Assembly (NCBI GenBank): GCA_001949185.1
Contig: BDGG01000009.1
Span: 795,624-859,623 of the forward strand
From: Ramazzottius varieornatus
Taxonomy: Eukaryota > Animalia > Tardigrada
Reading direction: 5' to 3'
DNA length: 64,000 nt
Program-made: the position numbers and the translations under genes
Shown: positions 35,728 to 48,500 of the stretch, in pieces
How positions within the stretch are numbered: position 1 is the stretch's first letter
Layout: each line of letters opens with the position of its first letter
Notes under the pieces: model-generated
Seen by the model: the letters and a program-made list of their open reading frames with translations, nothing else
Databases searched by the model: none
Told to the model about the DNA's origin: nothing

Positions 35728-38638
35728 ATGGTCATCAGCAAGATGGATTCTGTCGACACTAACGGACATCACAGTCCGGACGCCTATGACGGCTCAGCGT
35801 GTCACCAAAATGGAGTTTCCAAGCAGGCCTCTCTTCGACAGTCGAGCAGCAATGGATCATCTGCCTACGTGCCACTCATCGAAAAGATCAACCAGCACAT
35901 TGAAAGTGGGACCAAGTTCTTCTCCTTTGAGTACTTGCCTCCGCGGACACCGAACAGTGCACCTAACTTGCTAGCCAGGTAAACATACTTCCGGTGGGCC
36001 ATTTTCGGGCCAGATCGTGTTCGCAAGTGGCGCACGTTTTCAGTGTTACCAACCGGGAGTGTGCGCCACTTGGAGGAACGATCTAACGAGTTTCGATGAC
36101 TTTAGTTGAACCCGTGTTGTTTTCAGAATTGAGCGAATGACTGCCGGTGGTCCACTGTTCATCGACATCACATGGCATCTAGCCGGCGATCCCATGGGCG
36201 ACAAAGAAACGAGTTCGATGATGGTGGCTAACGCGGCAGTTAACTATGTCGGAGTGGAAACCATGCTACACATCACCTGTCAGAAGTATTCCAAAGAGGA
36301 GATTCGCCAGGCACTGCATAGAGCTAAGGATATGGGTCTACGGAATATTCTGGCTCTTCGCGGTGGTAAGTAATATTGTGATGCGATCTCGTGGAGGGAT
36401 AGACCAACTGGCATACAGGATTAACTCACAAAAGGAGATTATGCAACAGGTGTCTCTAGACTTCCTATGCGTGTCTTCCCCAGATATTCCTGTGAACCAA
36501 GTTTCATCGGAAACTCCGAAAGATGGTTTATCAAATGCGGAAGAGATGGTTAAGCTCGTTCGAGAAGACTTCGGCGACCATTTTTGCGTGTGTGTCGCAG
36601 GTATAATTCGTTGGCTCTACTGGCGTTTTTGGCCAGGTCCACCGTAAGGTCCGAACTCCAAGGTACACGTTACGGTTGCTGTGTCGGCCATAGGTTACAC
36701 GCAGGGTCATCCTGACGCGGTTAGCTACGAACAGGATCTGGTCTACCTGAAGCAGAAGGTGGATGCTGGTGCCAACTTCATCATAACGCAGCTGTTCTTC
36801 GAAGCTCAGCACTACATCAAGTTCGTGAAAGACTGCCGAGCCATCGGCATAACTGTACCCATCATTCCAGGCATATTCCCCATCCAGGTTTGTAGTTGCT
36901 GCTCTTGTCACTTACTCTTATCCTCCACTTGGGAACTCGGCAAATACCTCGACCAGGTCGTTATTTCAAGTGGCGCGCTGTTGCAGCCCGTAACGCCGAT
37001 ATCATGCGCCACTCGGAAAAATAATCAAGCTCGACAAGATTGTCTTTTCAGGTGGTACACTCTTTCAGCCCGTAGTCATGCAAACGTTCGCTACTTGGGG
37101 AAACGATCTTGTCGAGTACTGTATGTTTGTCAGCATAATTTTATTTTACACTCGCTATTAATTATAGTCGTACAACTCGTTGCAAAATGTGACGAAGCTC
37201 TCCAAGCTGACCATTCCACAGTCGATCATTTCTGCCATCACGCCGATCAAAGACAACGATCAGGCAATCCGGCACCTCGGTATCGGTCTAGCCACCGCCA
37301 TGTGCAAAGAACTTCTCGACGCCGGAGCTCCCTCCCTCCACTTCTACACGATGAACCTCGAAGTGGCCACCATCGAGATCCTGAAACGACTGGGTATGTG
37401 GCTGCAGGAACCCAAGAAGTGTCTACCATGGAAGACCAGCGCCAACTACAAACGGCAAGCCGAAGATGTCCGGCCCATCTTCTGGCAGAACCGCCCCAAC
37501 TCCTACATCCAAAGAACCATCGAATGGGACGAGTTCCCCAATGGGCGATGGGGCAACTCTGCTTCTCCAGCTTTCGGCCAACTCGACTACAACCTCTTCT
37601 ACTTGCAAGGCCGGATACCCAAAGAGCAGCTGCTGAATATGTGGGGAAGGGAATTGACTTGTGTTCAAGATGTTTTTGATGTGTTCTGTGATTACATTAG
37701 TGGGCGAGAAAGGGAAGATGGAAGTAAGGTGGTGAGCTTGCCGTGGTCCGACGGGGAACTTTCGCCGGAAACTCTGCCGCTACTTGATCAATTGCTGAGG
37801 CTAAACAAGAACGGTATACTGACAATCAACTCGCAGCCCAGTGTCAACGGTGCACCTTCGACTGATAAGGTTCATGGGTGGGGAAACCCAGGCGGATATG
37901 TCTATCAAAAGGTGATCTAGAATATAACTTCCGCTACTCTTAGCCTAAAACTAATTCTAATTTGGTGTTCAATTCGTCTTAGGCTTATGTAGAGTTCTTC
38001 ATTTCGGAAGACCGTCTTCCCACATTACTATCTGAGCTGAAAGACTACCCTAAAGTCACCTTCCATATCATAAACCAAGCTGTAAGTATCGTTACAATCA
38101 GTTTTCTTCGAATATGCTGTAGCAAACGAAAAGTACAAGGTTGTTTTCGCTGTGGCGCACATAGCCGTTGTTACTGGCTCAGAGCGTGCGCCACTGGAAC
38201 AAGGGTCCTATAAGTTTCGTTTGCCGGCATTTCAAGTATTGCTAAAGGAGGACTGGAGGCAATGATTTTTGTGGTTCATAGGGCGAGGAATTTTCTGACG
38301 GTGGACAAGACGCCAATGCCGTGACTTGGGGCGTATTCCCGGGTAGAGAAATCATTCAGCCCACTGTGGTCGATCCTGAAAGCTTCCGCTACTGGAAGGT
38401 AAATTCCCGTACACGAACTTTCCTTGGTTATAAATGCGGTTCAATGGTCTTCCTTTCGTAGGACGAAGCGTTCGCTTTATGGCAAGAACAGTGGGGATCG
38501 CTGTACCCTGCAGTTTCGCCTTCTCGAAAGATAATCGATTCTGTCCGGACCAACTTTTACCTGGTCAACCTCGTGGACAACGAATTCCCTAAAGAGACAT
38601 GTCTATGGCAGTTGCTCAACGGTGTTTTGAAGGCTTAA
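35728..38638 (+). CDS. MTHFR: Methylenetetrahydrofolate reductase (multi-exon)
   Basis: [92 protein letters not shown]. Confidence 0.97.
36005..36095. repeat. Fold-back element, 1 unit, MTHFR intron
   Basis: AGATCGTGTTCGCAAGTGGCGCAC-N25-GTGCGCCACTTGGAGGAACGATCT. Confidence 0.9.
36929..37135. repeat. Fold-back element, 2 units, MTHFR intron
   Basis: TGGGAACTCGGCAAAT..two cores. Confidence 0.87.
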
Positions 38639-38966
38639 GTTACGGTTGCTCATGTTACGTTCTTCTCACCTGAGTCTGTACGCTTTCTGACTTTTTATTG
38701 CTTTTCCTGTTGGCGTTGCTCATCGGTACCATCGGTACAAGATTAGGGTTTTGTTCTTGTTTCACCTATCAGGCTACTGCAGTCCAAGCGTTTTTTAGAT
38801 GGCCAGTCAACTTCACTGTACGGTACCAACTGCAGAGTTTCTCGATCACCTTCTGGAATAAAATCAACGATATCTCGGCGTGAATTCTAAAATTTCTACA
38901 CGAAGCCTCGGGAAGAAATCAACCTAAGCGACGAATTAGACGTATTACTGTATATTCAAACACATA

Positions 38967-40636
38967 TCACCACCGAAGATAGCTAAACCTGTTCATATGT
39001 CCTTCAATCTGCTGTACCATTTGTTCGGCCGTCTTAGTCTGGCCGTAGTAATCAACAAACTTCCCTTCCGGGTCGATGAGATAGACGATAATGGTGTGGT
39101 CCACGATGTAGTCGTTGTCCGCATCTGGCGAGCCTGAGCTAAAGTATACACGGAAAGCCTTCGCTGCCTTGCTGACTTGTTCGGTGGTACCCGTAAGCCC
39201 GATCAGCTTCGGAGAAAACTCTACGAAGAGCAACGCATTTCGTTGAGGAGCTTCAACCCAAAGTCAAACTAGTTTTACCTTTCACATATCTGGCCACAGC
39301 TGGAACACTGTCTCGGTCGGGATCAACCGTAATGAAGAGTGGCTGCACTTTGTTTTCTGGCCGTTCCTTCTCTGTGACGAAACGGAGCATAAACCTTCCG
39401 AACAATCGACACATACAAAGATAAGACACATGCATAGCAAGCAATTTCACCCGGATCATCTCCACAAGTGGCGCACGTTAACATTTTAACTCGCTGTGAG
39501 CGTGCGCCACTTGGGACAACGGTCGTGCCAAGTTTGGTTGTTTGCCCAGGTGGCGCATGCTTCTAATGTTGGTGGCCGAGAGCTCGCGCCACTGAGGAAA
39601 ACTATCTGGATGAATTCATTTGCCAACGTCCCGTAGGTTTTCAGTTTTCCGTTTTGGTTTCCTGCGTACCTAATAGATCAGCGGTCTTGATCATTTTCTC
39701 TATTTCATCAGGACAGATGTCTGGACAGTGCGTGAATCCGAAGTATAGCAGTACCCACGAGCCATGAAAGTCAGCGGAAGTCCTGGGCTTGCCATTGTGG
39801 TCCGTCAGCTCCCATTCTCCACCAATCTTGGCTTTGCCAATCTGCTTCTGACGCTCAGCCGCAGAAGCTAAAAGACAGAAAACAGTAGTTGGATGAATTG
39901 TTAGCTTCTGCAACGGGACCACATCCAAATTTACTACCTTGTTCTTTCTCGTGCTTGAGATACATCATGGTCCCCCACAAAGCTCCGGCCATGACGGTGG
40001 CTATGCCGAGTGACTTCCACGTTACTGGCTGCGAAAGCTGCGCGTTATTCATGTTGACGGAGATATCGTCATCATTCGTGAACAAGCACACATTTCGCTG
40101 AAAACTCGGCGAACAGACTCAACAAGATTGTTTGCCCAAGCGGCGCGCCTGTCTGGTGTTATTGCCTGGAAGCGTGCGCCACTAGGAGATCGAATTTGTT
40201 TGCTTGTGACAACTTACAATTCTGTTCTTTCGCTTTTCCTCCCCCGGAACAGCAGCTTCTGTCTGCACGCGCCGAGAGAATAGTGTGAGCCTGCTGTCCG
40301 TCCTGGCTAAACGATTCCATCGAAAGACGGTGCTCGGGCCATAAACCCCATTCGTCGACGGTCTGGCTGACGAAAGACTTTGCAAACTGCGGAGCGGAAG
40401 TATGACTGGAGATAATGAGCACACCTGCGAAAGGGTAAGAATGTAGTATGTAGGCTCGCACGTTTGCATTCCGCTCACTTTCACAAACTCTTATCAGTCG
40501 TATGGGCTAGGATTGAAAGATATCATCATCCTGCTCAAGTTACCTGATGAAGATGCAGAGAAAAGTAAGTATTCAGCACACCGGAAGTCTGCCCCGAACG
40601 GCGAACAACCAGTCGATAACAATGCGGGATATTCAT
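38967..40636 (-). CDS. SCO1: SCO1/2 mitochondrial copper chaperone (multi-exon; start uncertain)
   Basis: PVTWKSL TM segment, [26 protein letters not shown] (CxxxC), [27 protein letters not shown]. Confidence 0.95.
39434..39635. repeat. Fold-back element, 2 units, SCO1 intron
   Basis: Two cores; ends TTTGCCAACGTCCCGTA. Confidence 0.87.
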
Positions 40637-41812
40637 GAGGATGCCTCTAGCGTATTCCGTGTCCTCCGGGTGGCAGTTAGTCCGCTTCAGGAACCAAAGG
40701 TTATCGTGTCCAACATTCAGAATCCAGATGGATTACAGCGCACTGGAGTACCGACACAGTACAAGTTGACATGAACGTAATAACTATGTGTCTCAGTAAG
40801 ATCTAGCCATCAAGCACGCAGGCTCTGATCCTCCTCACTTTCCCAAACCGCCGAATCAGCTTCTGATAATGGAGCTCTTTAAGAAACCACCGAACACCTT
40901 AGAACCAGGTCGGAACAATCGTTAAAGTCTCAGAAGAAAGACTGAGAATATTTCTAAGTGTAATGTTAGTGATGTCATGTCACAAGTAGCTTTTTGATTG
41001 GTTACTGGTTACACTCTGCTGGTTAGCTTCCACGGGAAGTTCCGTCTTCCGTGACTTCCGCCCAAATGTGTGTGTGTTTACCTTGTTGAGGCTTTTTCTA
41101 TCTTTTAGTTTCCACTCATAGGAACTGTACGCGCTGTCCTCACTGCTTCGCTTGTCGTTCCTCGACGAGTCCGTTCGTGGGAAGAGGTACCTGCAGACTA
41201 ACGGAAGACGACGATGCATCGAGGGAAGGAGATTTCGTAAGACCGGGCGGTGCTTGTGCAGTTGTGCGACACTTCCGGTCTGGGCGGTCAGTTGTCAGCC
41301 GCACTGTCCGGACACTAAGACTTCACCTTACTGTTCATCCTTAAGCAAGCAGAACGTGCTATTATGGAAGTCTCCGAAGTGTCTCGTTTCTGCGAGTGCG
41401 TTGTGGTCAGTGGGACACGAGTGTTTCCCGCACGTATGTTCACAACAAGCGAACCTAGGTGCTTCGATGACCATCTATAACAAAATTAATGCTGTCACGG
41501 ATTTCTTCCTTGGATATCTAGGAGAATTCCCACACTTTGACGATACTGATTCGGACATTCAATCGGCTCCTGACAACATTTCGAGAGGACAAGGTACGGA
41601 TACACGATTTTGATGATGAGTTTCTGTCTGTGATAGAAGGATTGCGCTCCAGTATGATTGTACAATGCAGGTTCGTAAAGCAAGATCGACAAGGCACAAA
41701 ACAGTATTCCTTTTGGTAAACGCAAATAATCCGTGTCCTCCTCCATGATGGTTGCTTCGATTTAGGTCCCAATGGTGTTTGTATGTATGTTTGTATGTAA
41801 ATATTTAAGAAA

Positions 41813-41850
41813 GACAAACAAACAAACAAACAAACAAACAAACAAACAAA
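41813..41850. repeat. (CAAA)n microsatellite inside a small AT-rich inverted-repeat element
   Basis: About 9 CAAA units; flanked by TCGATTTAGGTCCCAAT (41757) and ATTGGGTCCTAAATCGA (approx 41917). Confidence 0.85.
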
Positions 41851-42977
41851 TATACTTAACACAATAGATACCAATTTAGTAAATAATAATAATTTTGCAA
41901 CAATTCTTTAACTAAAATTGGGTCCTAAATCGACGCATCTATGAAGCTGCGACAGGCAGCTCTTCTTGGGCCAGTCGGATTCGTTTCAGTTTCAGTTTTC
42001 AGTTTCAAACAGTATTCTTGAATTTTGATTACTACGCTTCGTTTTTTCGACCATTCGGCTTGAGAACCATTGCATCGCAGCGGATAGACACAACTGAGAT
42101 TTATTTGTGACGCAAATGACCGTGACAGCAAAACGTTTTTACCTCTGAAGCGTTTAACAAATGGGTAGCGTCAAACAGAAACCCTAAATCTCACAAAAGT
42201 TCCGAAGGTCGCTTTTCTTAGCCTATCTTGTAGAGAAAAACAATTTGCATCGGACCTGAGAATGCCGCAAAAGGCCACACACAGGAAAGTAAGAAAGTTT
42301 GTCCTGTCTGAAGGGCTTCGTTTCCTCCTTGACATCATCTTCTTTTTTTGCTTCTTTCTGACTGAAACCGACTACTTTATATGCTCTGGGTCGTAACAGT
42401 AGCCGGTCTTAGATTGTACTGTCCCCAAAAAGCTCTGCGGCAAGGGAGCTCTGCGGCAAGCAAAATACGTGCAATATTCAGCCCGCTCCAAAGTTCACTG
42501 ATAAAAACCATTACATCCGCCTTTTACAAAACATTTCATACCTTGTTTACCATCCGTCCGATTACTCTGAACTTGGGGGACCCCGACGCTCGTAAGCTGA
42601 CGACGTCCAGCTCTCCTTGACTGAGTAGGGTACTTTTCTCTACACTACGGCTCTTCAAAAGAAGCAGAAAAACGAAAGAGGCTAAGGATAACAAACAGGT
42701 TTTCCTGTCTTCGCATTCAGAAAGCACTTTTCATTTTCTCAGTATTTTTCACGGGAAACAAAGTTTGCATGTTTTGCTGCTATCTTCAGGATGAATTTAT
42801 GTCAGTTTCATAAATACAGAAGCGTTTTTCGGTTGAAGAGTCTTTCAAGCTCGCGTCTTCGAATTGCTATGATTTTCGCAGTAACGTAATTGCAATTTGG
42901 AACTGTTTTATGGTCGGCTCATTTGTACATTATGTGGTAAAAGAATAGAAACGGAACTCTTCTAGTCTCATATCGGA

Positions 42978-43951
42978 TCAGTAGTAGGGCGTCGGTGCGT
43001 AGCCGGGAGATCTGTAACTTCTCGAAGAGCCATATGATCCATAGCTGGATCCGTAACCGGATCCGTAACCGGATCCGTAACCACCGTAACTTGATCCGTA
43101 TGATGGGTAGGAAGGTGCGTAAGATGGGTCTACAAGAGAATGTTTTTATCATTTTGTCTTTTGGAAATCACCTGCTTTACTGCAGTGGTCGGACTGAAGG
43201 ATGATGTCGACTACACCGAAGATTATCGCTACTTACAAGGAGGGGCGTAACCGCCGTAGCTACCACCATAACTACTTCCGTAGCTCGGATAAGCCGGAGG
43301 GTAATAGTAGTCTAAAAGCAAACGAACCTTAGCCTTGATCACGCTTTCACGCTAGAAGTCGGCGAACGAACCGTACAAGGTAGTTATTTCAATTGACTCA
43401 CGCTGCCAGCCAGTAACAATAGAAATGCGCGCCACTTGGAGAAACATCTGGCCGAGTATTCCAAGTGGCGTACGTGTTCATTGTTATTGGCTGGCGGCAT
43501 GCGCCACTCAATATAACAGTTCAATAAGTTTCGTTTGCCGACCTCCCACTTTGCTTCGTTTCAGATTTTTGAGGGGAAGCATACCGTAACTGTACGCCGG
43601 CATGTAACTGCCATAGCTCGACGATCCAGGATACCCATATCCGTAAGATGGTGGCGGTGGTGGGTAGTAGCTGGGCATGGGATAGTAGTAAGCCGGAGGT
43701 GCGGGACTGTATCCGCCACCGTAACCTCCTCCACCATAGCTCGACCGGTAGCTGGGATAAGGAACGTTCTCCGCGGTAACTAGTTCTGCCACTTCCGTGG
43801 GCGCCTTGATATTATTTCTGATGTTGGCAGAAACTTGGACGCGAGGATCATGGACTGCTCGAGCGTTGGGATTCGGTCGCACTTCCGCTGCGGCATAACA
43901 TGCCAGACAACCGATTAATATCGCAGAGGTAATCCATCTTTCCCATGCCAT
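42978..43951 (-). CDS. Secreted Tyr/Gly/Ser/Pro-rich structural protein (at least 3 exons)
   Basis: Signal peptide MAWERWITSAILIGCLACYAAA; YPSY, SYGG and GYGS repeats; in-frame splices to a stop at 42978. Confidence 0.8.
43357..43548. repeat. Fold-back element, 2 units, intron of the Tyr-rich gene
   Basis: Spacers in opposite orientation; ends TTTGCCGACCTCCCA. Confidence 0.82.
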
Positions 43952-45521
43952 TATGGCGGCGCTGCAGAATAACGTTTCACGATAAGCAAAAAATGTTATT
44001 CTTGAGAGTGGACTGAGTCTAGAAAACTGAGACGATGGTTAATTACCGAGTTTCCTTGAGGGTTCTCGACTGGAGTATCAAGCGACCTTAATTGCACCGG
44101 TGTAGCCTGTTTGACTTATATACATACGGTACAGCGCCATCGTCGATTAGTGCTGGCGAGCGACACTTGTCTAGGCTAGATTAATTTATTTTGGGAAAGT
44201 TGATAGTAATTGAACTCATCGAAATTAAATCACCAGGTTCGCGCTTGTGCAATGAGGCAAGGCGTGGCACCTTGGGCAGCTGGATTTACTTTATTGACGC
44301 AAAACGCTACAGTTCGCTACAGTGAATGGCATCAAGTGCTCCACGATCAAGACAAACATAGCGCGGCCGCAGCAGAGCCATAGCTGCCACATCCATGTCG
44401 AGGTCTTCGTCGGAGGGTCCACATAACATCGCTAAGTGCGGTGGGTTATCACGTTTTGCGTATTCGTGAGGGTTCTGGAAGCCAAAACTAAAAGTTATTC
44501 ATGTAATAGAGAAGTTGCACTTTGCGCAGATGGTTTGAACAAACGAGAACCAATTAATTTTGATAATCGAAGTTTATAAAAGCATTCGCTAGAAGCTTTG
44601 AGAAGTTGCACAACGCGGCCGAGTTTGAGAAAAACGATGGGACAAACGACCGCTGCTGGTCACGGTGGTTGTTCGGCAGTAATTAGCCCACCAAGTTGAA
44701 AAAAAACCGGCTCAAATGCAAATCTGATTGACTGATTGTCCGGAGTGGAGGCCCTGAGTTACCCGGGCACCGATTACGCTCCCAGTGCTTCGGGCCAGCC
44801 AGGGCATTACTGACGGCAATTCGTTCATGTTTGAAATCTACGGGTGATTTTTTTCGTGATTCACGAACGAAGCCTCCCCCTTCGTTTCGTGAATCGCGAG
44901 GCGAATTACAAATCTTGAATGTTTAAACTTTTCTAAATGCGGTCGTTTTGTTCAAACTGTCGTTTGTTCACACCATCTGTGCAAAGTGCAACTTCTCTAA
45001 TATAACACTCAGTATTATAATTTTAGTAAAAAGAAGTCGGCAAACGAAACGTACTGGATCGTCGTCTGAAGTAGCGCACCATTCCATTGATGTTGGCTGG
45101 AAACCTGCGCCACTTGGAAAAGCGAGCTCGTTGAGGTCGATTGTTTTGCCAAGCGGTGCACGTGTTCAGTGTTACTGGTGGGAAGTGTGTGTGCCGCTAG
45201 AGATCACAATTCTGCACATTTTGTCTGCCGCCCTCCCAAAAGGCTTCTCAGCAGGGAGACGGGACTAGCTTGAATAACCTGCATGGAATACGGAGTCATT
45301 CGGCCAGGTTCCTACTTGGTCGTAAGGGAACCGTCGTACCGTACATAGCGGGGAGCACGCGAAGCGACGTACTGTATTACTGAGCAACGTATCGGCTTGT
45401 TACGAGATGACCGGTGACAACCGCTCATTCTTGGGACTGATTGGGTGCGTCTTCTTGGGGCTAGCTAGCCCTGTTTTTCCTGGTTTTTACTGAAATATTG
45501 AACCGTTTGGTTGGGTCAGTC

Positions 45522-48500
45522 ATGGCGAAATATAATGCTTATCAACAGAATTATGCCGCCTACGAGACATTGGCCTTCGAGGGCTTGGCTGGTCAGATTT
45601 CCCTGGAGCAGAAGGCTAAATTTAGCAAGAAATATGCAAAACCAAATCTTCAGGAGGTAATTGAAGCGGAAGAAAGTCGTAAGATGAAAGCCATTGACCG
45701 TCATCAAGAAGAAGAGTTTCTCAAAGTAGCCATGAATCCATCGGTGCCGCAAGTGGAGTCCGTCAGAGCAAACGCCCGTAACTCTATCATGAGTCCGAAG
45801 CGCTCATCTATTTTCAATCTACAGATGGATCGTCTACGGATCGATCCGATGAAAGCTTCTGATGAAGACTCGTTATACGATATTCTCTCTGGTAAGAAAC
45901 CCGACATGGACCCTCAGTCTGGCATTCTGTCATCACTTGACCGCACCAGGGCAGAGTCATCACTGATGATGGACCAGGTAAACCGTGAACGGAACCAATC
46001 ATTCTCAATTCACAGGTTTCGCTAAATTAACATTTGAGGCGGTAAATTCAATCACCCAGATCGTTATCTCAAGCGGCGCACGCTTCCTGTCAATACCACC
46101 AGACACGTGCGCCACTTGAAAAGCGATCTTGACAAGTTTGTTCTCTCAAGTGGCGCACGTCTTTGCTGCCGATGGCTGGGAACGCGCGCTACTTGAGAAA
46201 ACAACCTGTGGGATATTGTTTGCCGACTTGCGGCGAACTACTTATAATTAGAACATTAATTGTTTGGTGAATAATCGATGATCAAACTGTGACTGATGAT
46301 ACAAAATGTTCTAAAGGTTCCACAAAGTCCGCCGTTGAAAGATGCACCAGTGGCGCCACCTGAACCGGCTTGTGCGGTCCACGATCCGGATAGTTTATAC
46401 AGCAAGCTCTTCACGTCCGTTCTTCCTCTGAACGTCTCCGATAGACCATGTTACGGAGAAGACTCCTCGGGTCTTCGAGGCGTAGTTTCCAGCACCCTCA
46501 CGGTAGCAAGTGAAGTGAATGTACCGAAAGTGCGGAAACCTCACGTCGATGCGCCCTTTAACGCGCAGTTTATCGGACCGCTGGACCCTTTGGCCCGCGC
46601 AGCCGGTTTGTACAAAACATACGATTTCCTATCATGAATGAAAAATTAGTCCAATTCCCACCGAACTCCGTTCACACAAGATGAAGACATTCTATTCGGG
46701 AGCTCGGCAAACAAACTCGACAAATTGTTTCTCCAAGTGGCGCACACCTTCAGTGTTGGTGGCCAAAACCGTGCGCCACTTGGAAAAACAATCTTGTTGA
46801 GTTTAATTGTTTGCGCAAGTGGCCCCCTTTTTTTAGTGTAATTGGCTGGGAAGATGCGCCACTTAGAATAAAAATCGATTCCCAAACTACTGCACTTTGT
46901 CAGGTATCGAAGATGATTTCGCCATCTATCCCGCCGAAGAACCTCCAGTCTTTGTCAAGACTTGTTGTCAAGTTTCGGCTAAACCAGCCGACGCCCAAGC
47001 CAAATCCGACCCGAAACGCGAAGACAGTGATGGCCTGGACGATTACAACGAGAAAGAGCTGGTGGAACTTCCTCCCACCTTCGGACCGAGTCAGCCAATA
47101 CATCGTGACTCCAAGTTGACTGGCGCTGCGGGCAACACACAAGCGAACGTCGTGGACTACCGAGCCATTTTCACAAAATGTTATCGGAATGGCCGTCGAA
47201 AGACGAGAGCCCTTCTCGAAGCCGACAACACCTTCACCCGAAGCGACGTTGTCGATGACCGAGTCACCGAGATTGCCACGAGTATACCATTCGAACCCTT
47301 AGTACAGGAATGGTTCGCCTTAGCTTCCGGTTTCCAAGAAGGCGCTTTGCGCGACATTGATTATGAAAGTTTAATTCCCCTTTTGTACCTTGGGCTGGAA
47401 GAAGTCGTCCGGCAGGTAAATAACTTGGGAACTCGACGAGCAACTCGACCAGATCGTTTTCCCAAACGGAGCACGTTTTTTAGTGTCATTTGGTGGGATT
47501 GTACGCCACTTGGGACAACGATTTGGTCTGATTTGTTTGGCCAGCTCGCAACTGAAGCTGCTTTCCTCTTCACACTTCGATAATCTGACTGCAGTCTGCA
47601 GGCGGCTAAGAGAGGTCTGCTTCCACTGGGTGACGAGCCACGCGATGAGGCGGATCTGATTGATGATCCTGACTTCGATCCTTTGGAGCTTCTGGGCGTG
47701 TACCTTCTGCGTCATAACCCAGCTCATGACGCTTCCTGGGAATCGAACCCATACGTGCACAGCTTCCGTAGAGTAGTGAGGCAAATCAGGAACGAGGTCT
47801 TGCTGGAACAACCCATTGGAGGAGTGGGTGACCTTGCGAAGGTTTTTGCGGAAGAGAACATATCGAAGGGAGGTAGTAAAGTTCAGAATGGTGTCTTGTC
47901 AAGTGTTCTCAATCAAAGCTCCTCCAAAAAGTCGCGTTTGTACGTGTCATACACAGTTTGCTGTAAACGAAAGAAAATTCTTTCAGATCGTGGCGCACGC
48001 TTCTCGTCAAAAACACTGAACACGTGCGTCTCTTCGAAAACAACCAGACTCGAGCGGATAGCTTTTCCAAGTGGCGCACGCCCTCGGTCAATGAAAATAG
48101 AAACGTCCGCCACTTGAAATAATGATCTGGAATTCTGGATCATGCCCTCTGCCGATCAACAAAAATTTGGTCCATGGCATGACATGATCTTGTTTCGCAG
48201 GGCCGATGGAATTTGGGATGCATACGAAGACCCTGCCGTGCTGTTGAGTCCCGAAGCTCGGTCCACTTTGCTCAAAGTTGTCGCCAAACTGTCCAAGGAG
48301 GACGAGCAAACCAAGGAAATGAGAGTCGATCTTCAGTTGTTGAGCACGTTGCTGCTCACATACGTTGAGGATATCCATAGTCTAGAGTTCCCAACCAAAG
48401 GTATGATTTGGAGCAGCGGCGACTGTTTCCCACATACGACCACTCTTGTTTCAAATCCCTAAATATCCAAAATCACGGAGTTTTAGATGCGGTGCGGAAG

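Noticed and set aside
36681-37679. 332-aa ORF as an independent overlapping gene
   Set aside because: It is an MTHFR exon read through an intron and then out of frame along the next exon.
43045-43090. GGATCCGTAACC tandem repeat
   Set aside because: It is coding sequence (GYGS repeats) of the Tyr/Gly-rich gene on the minus strand.
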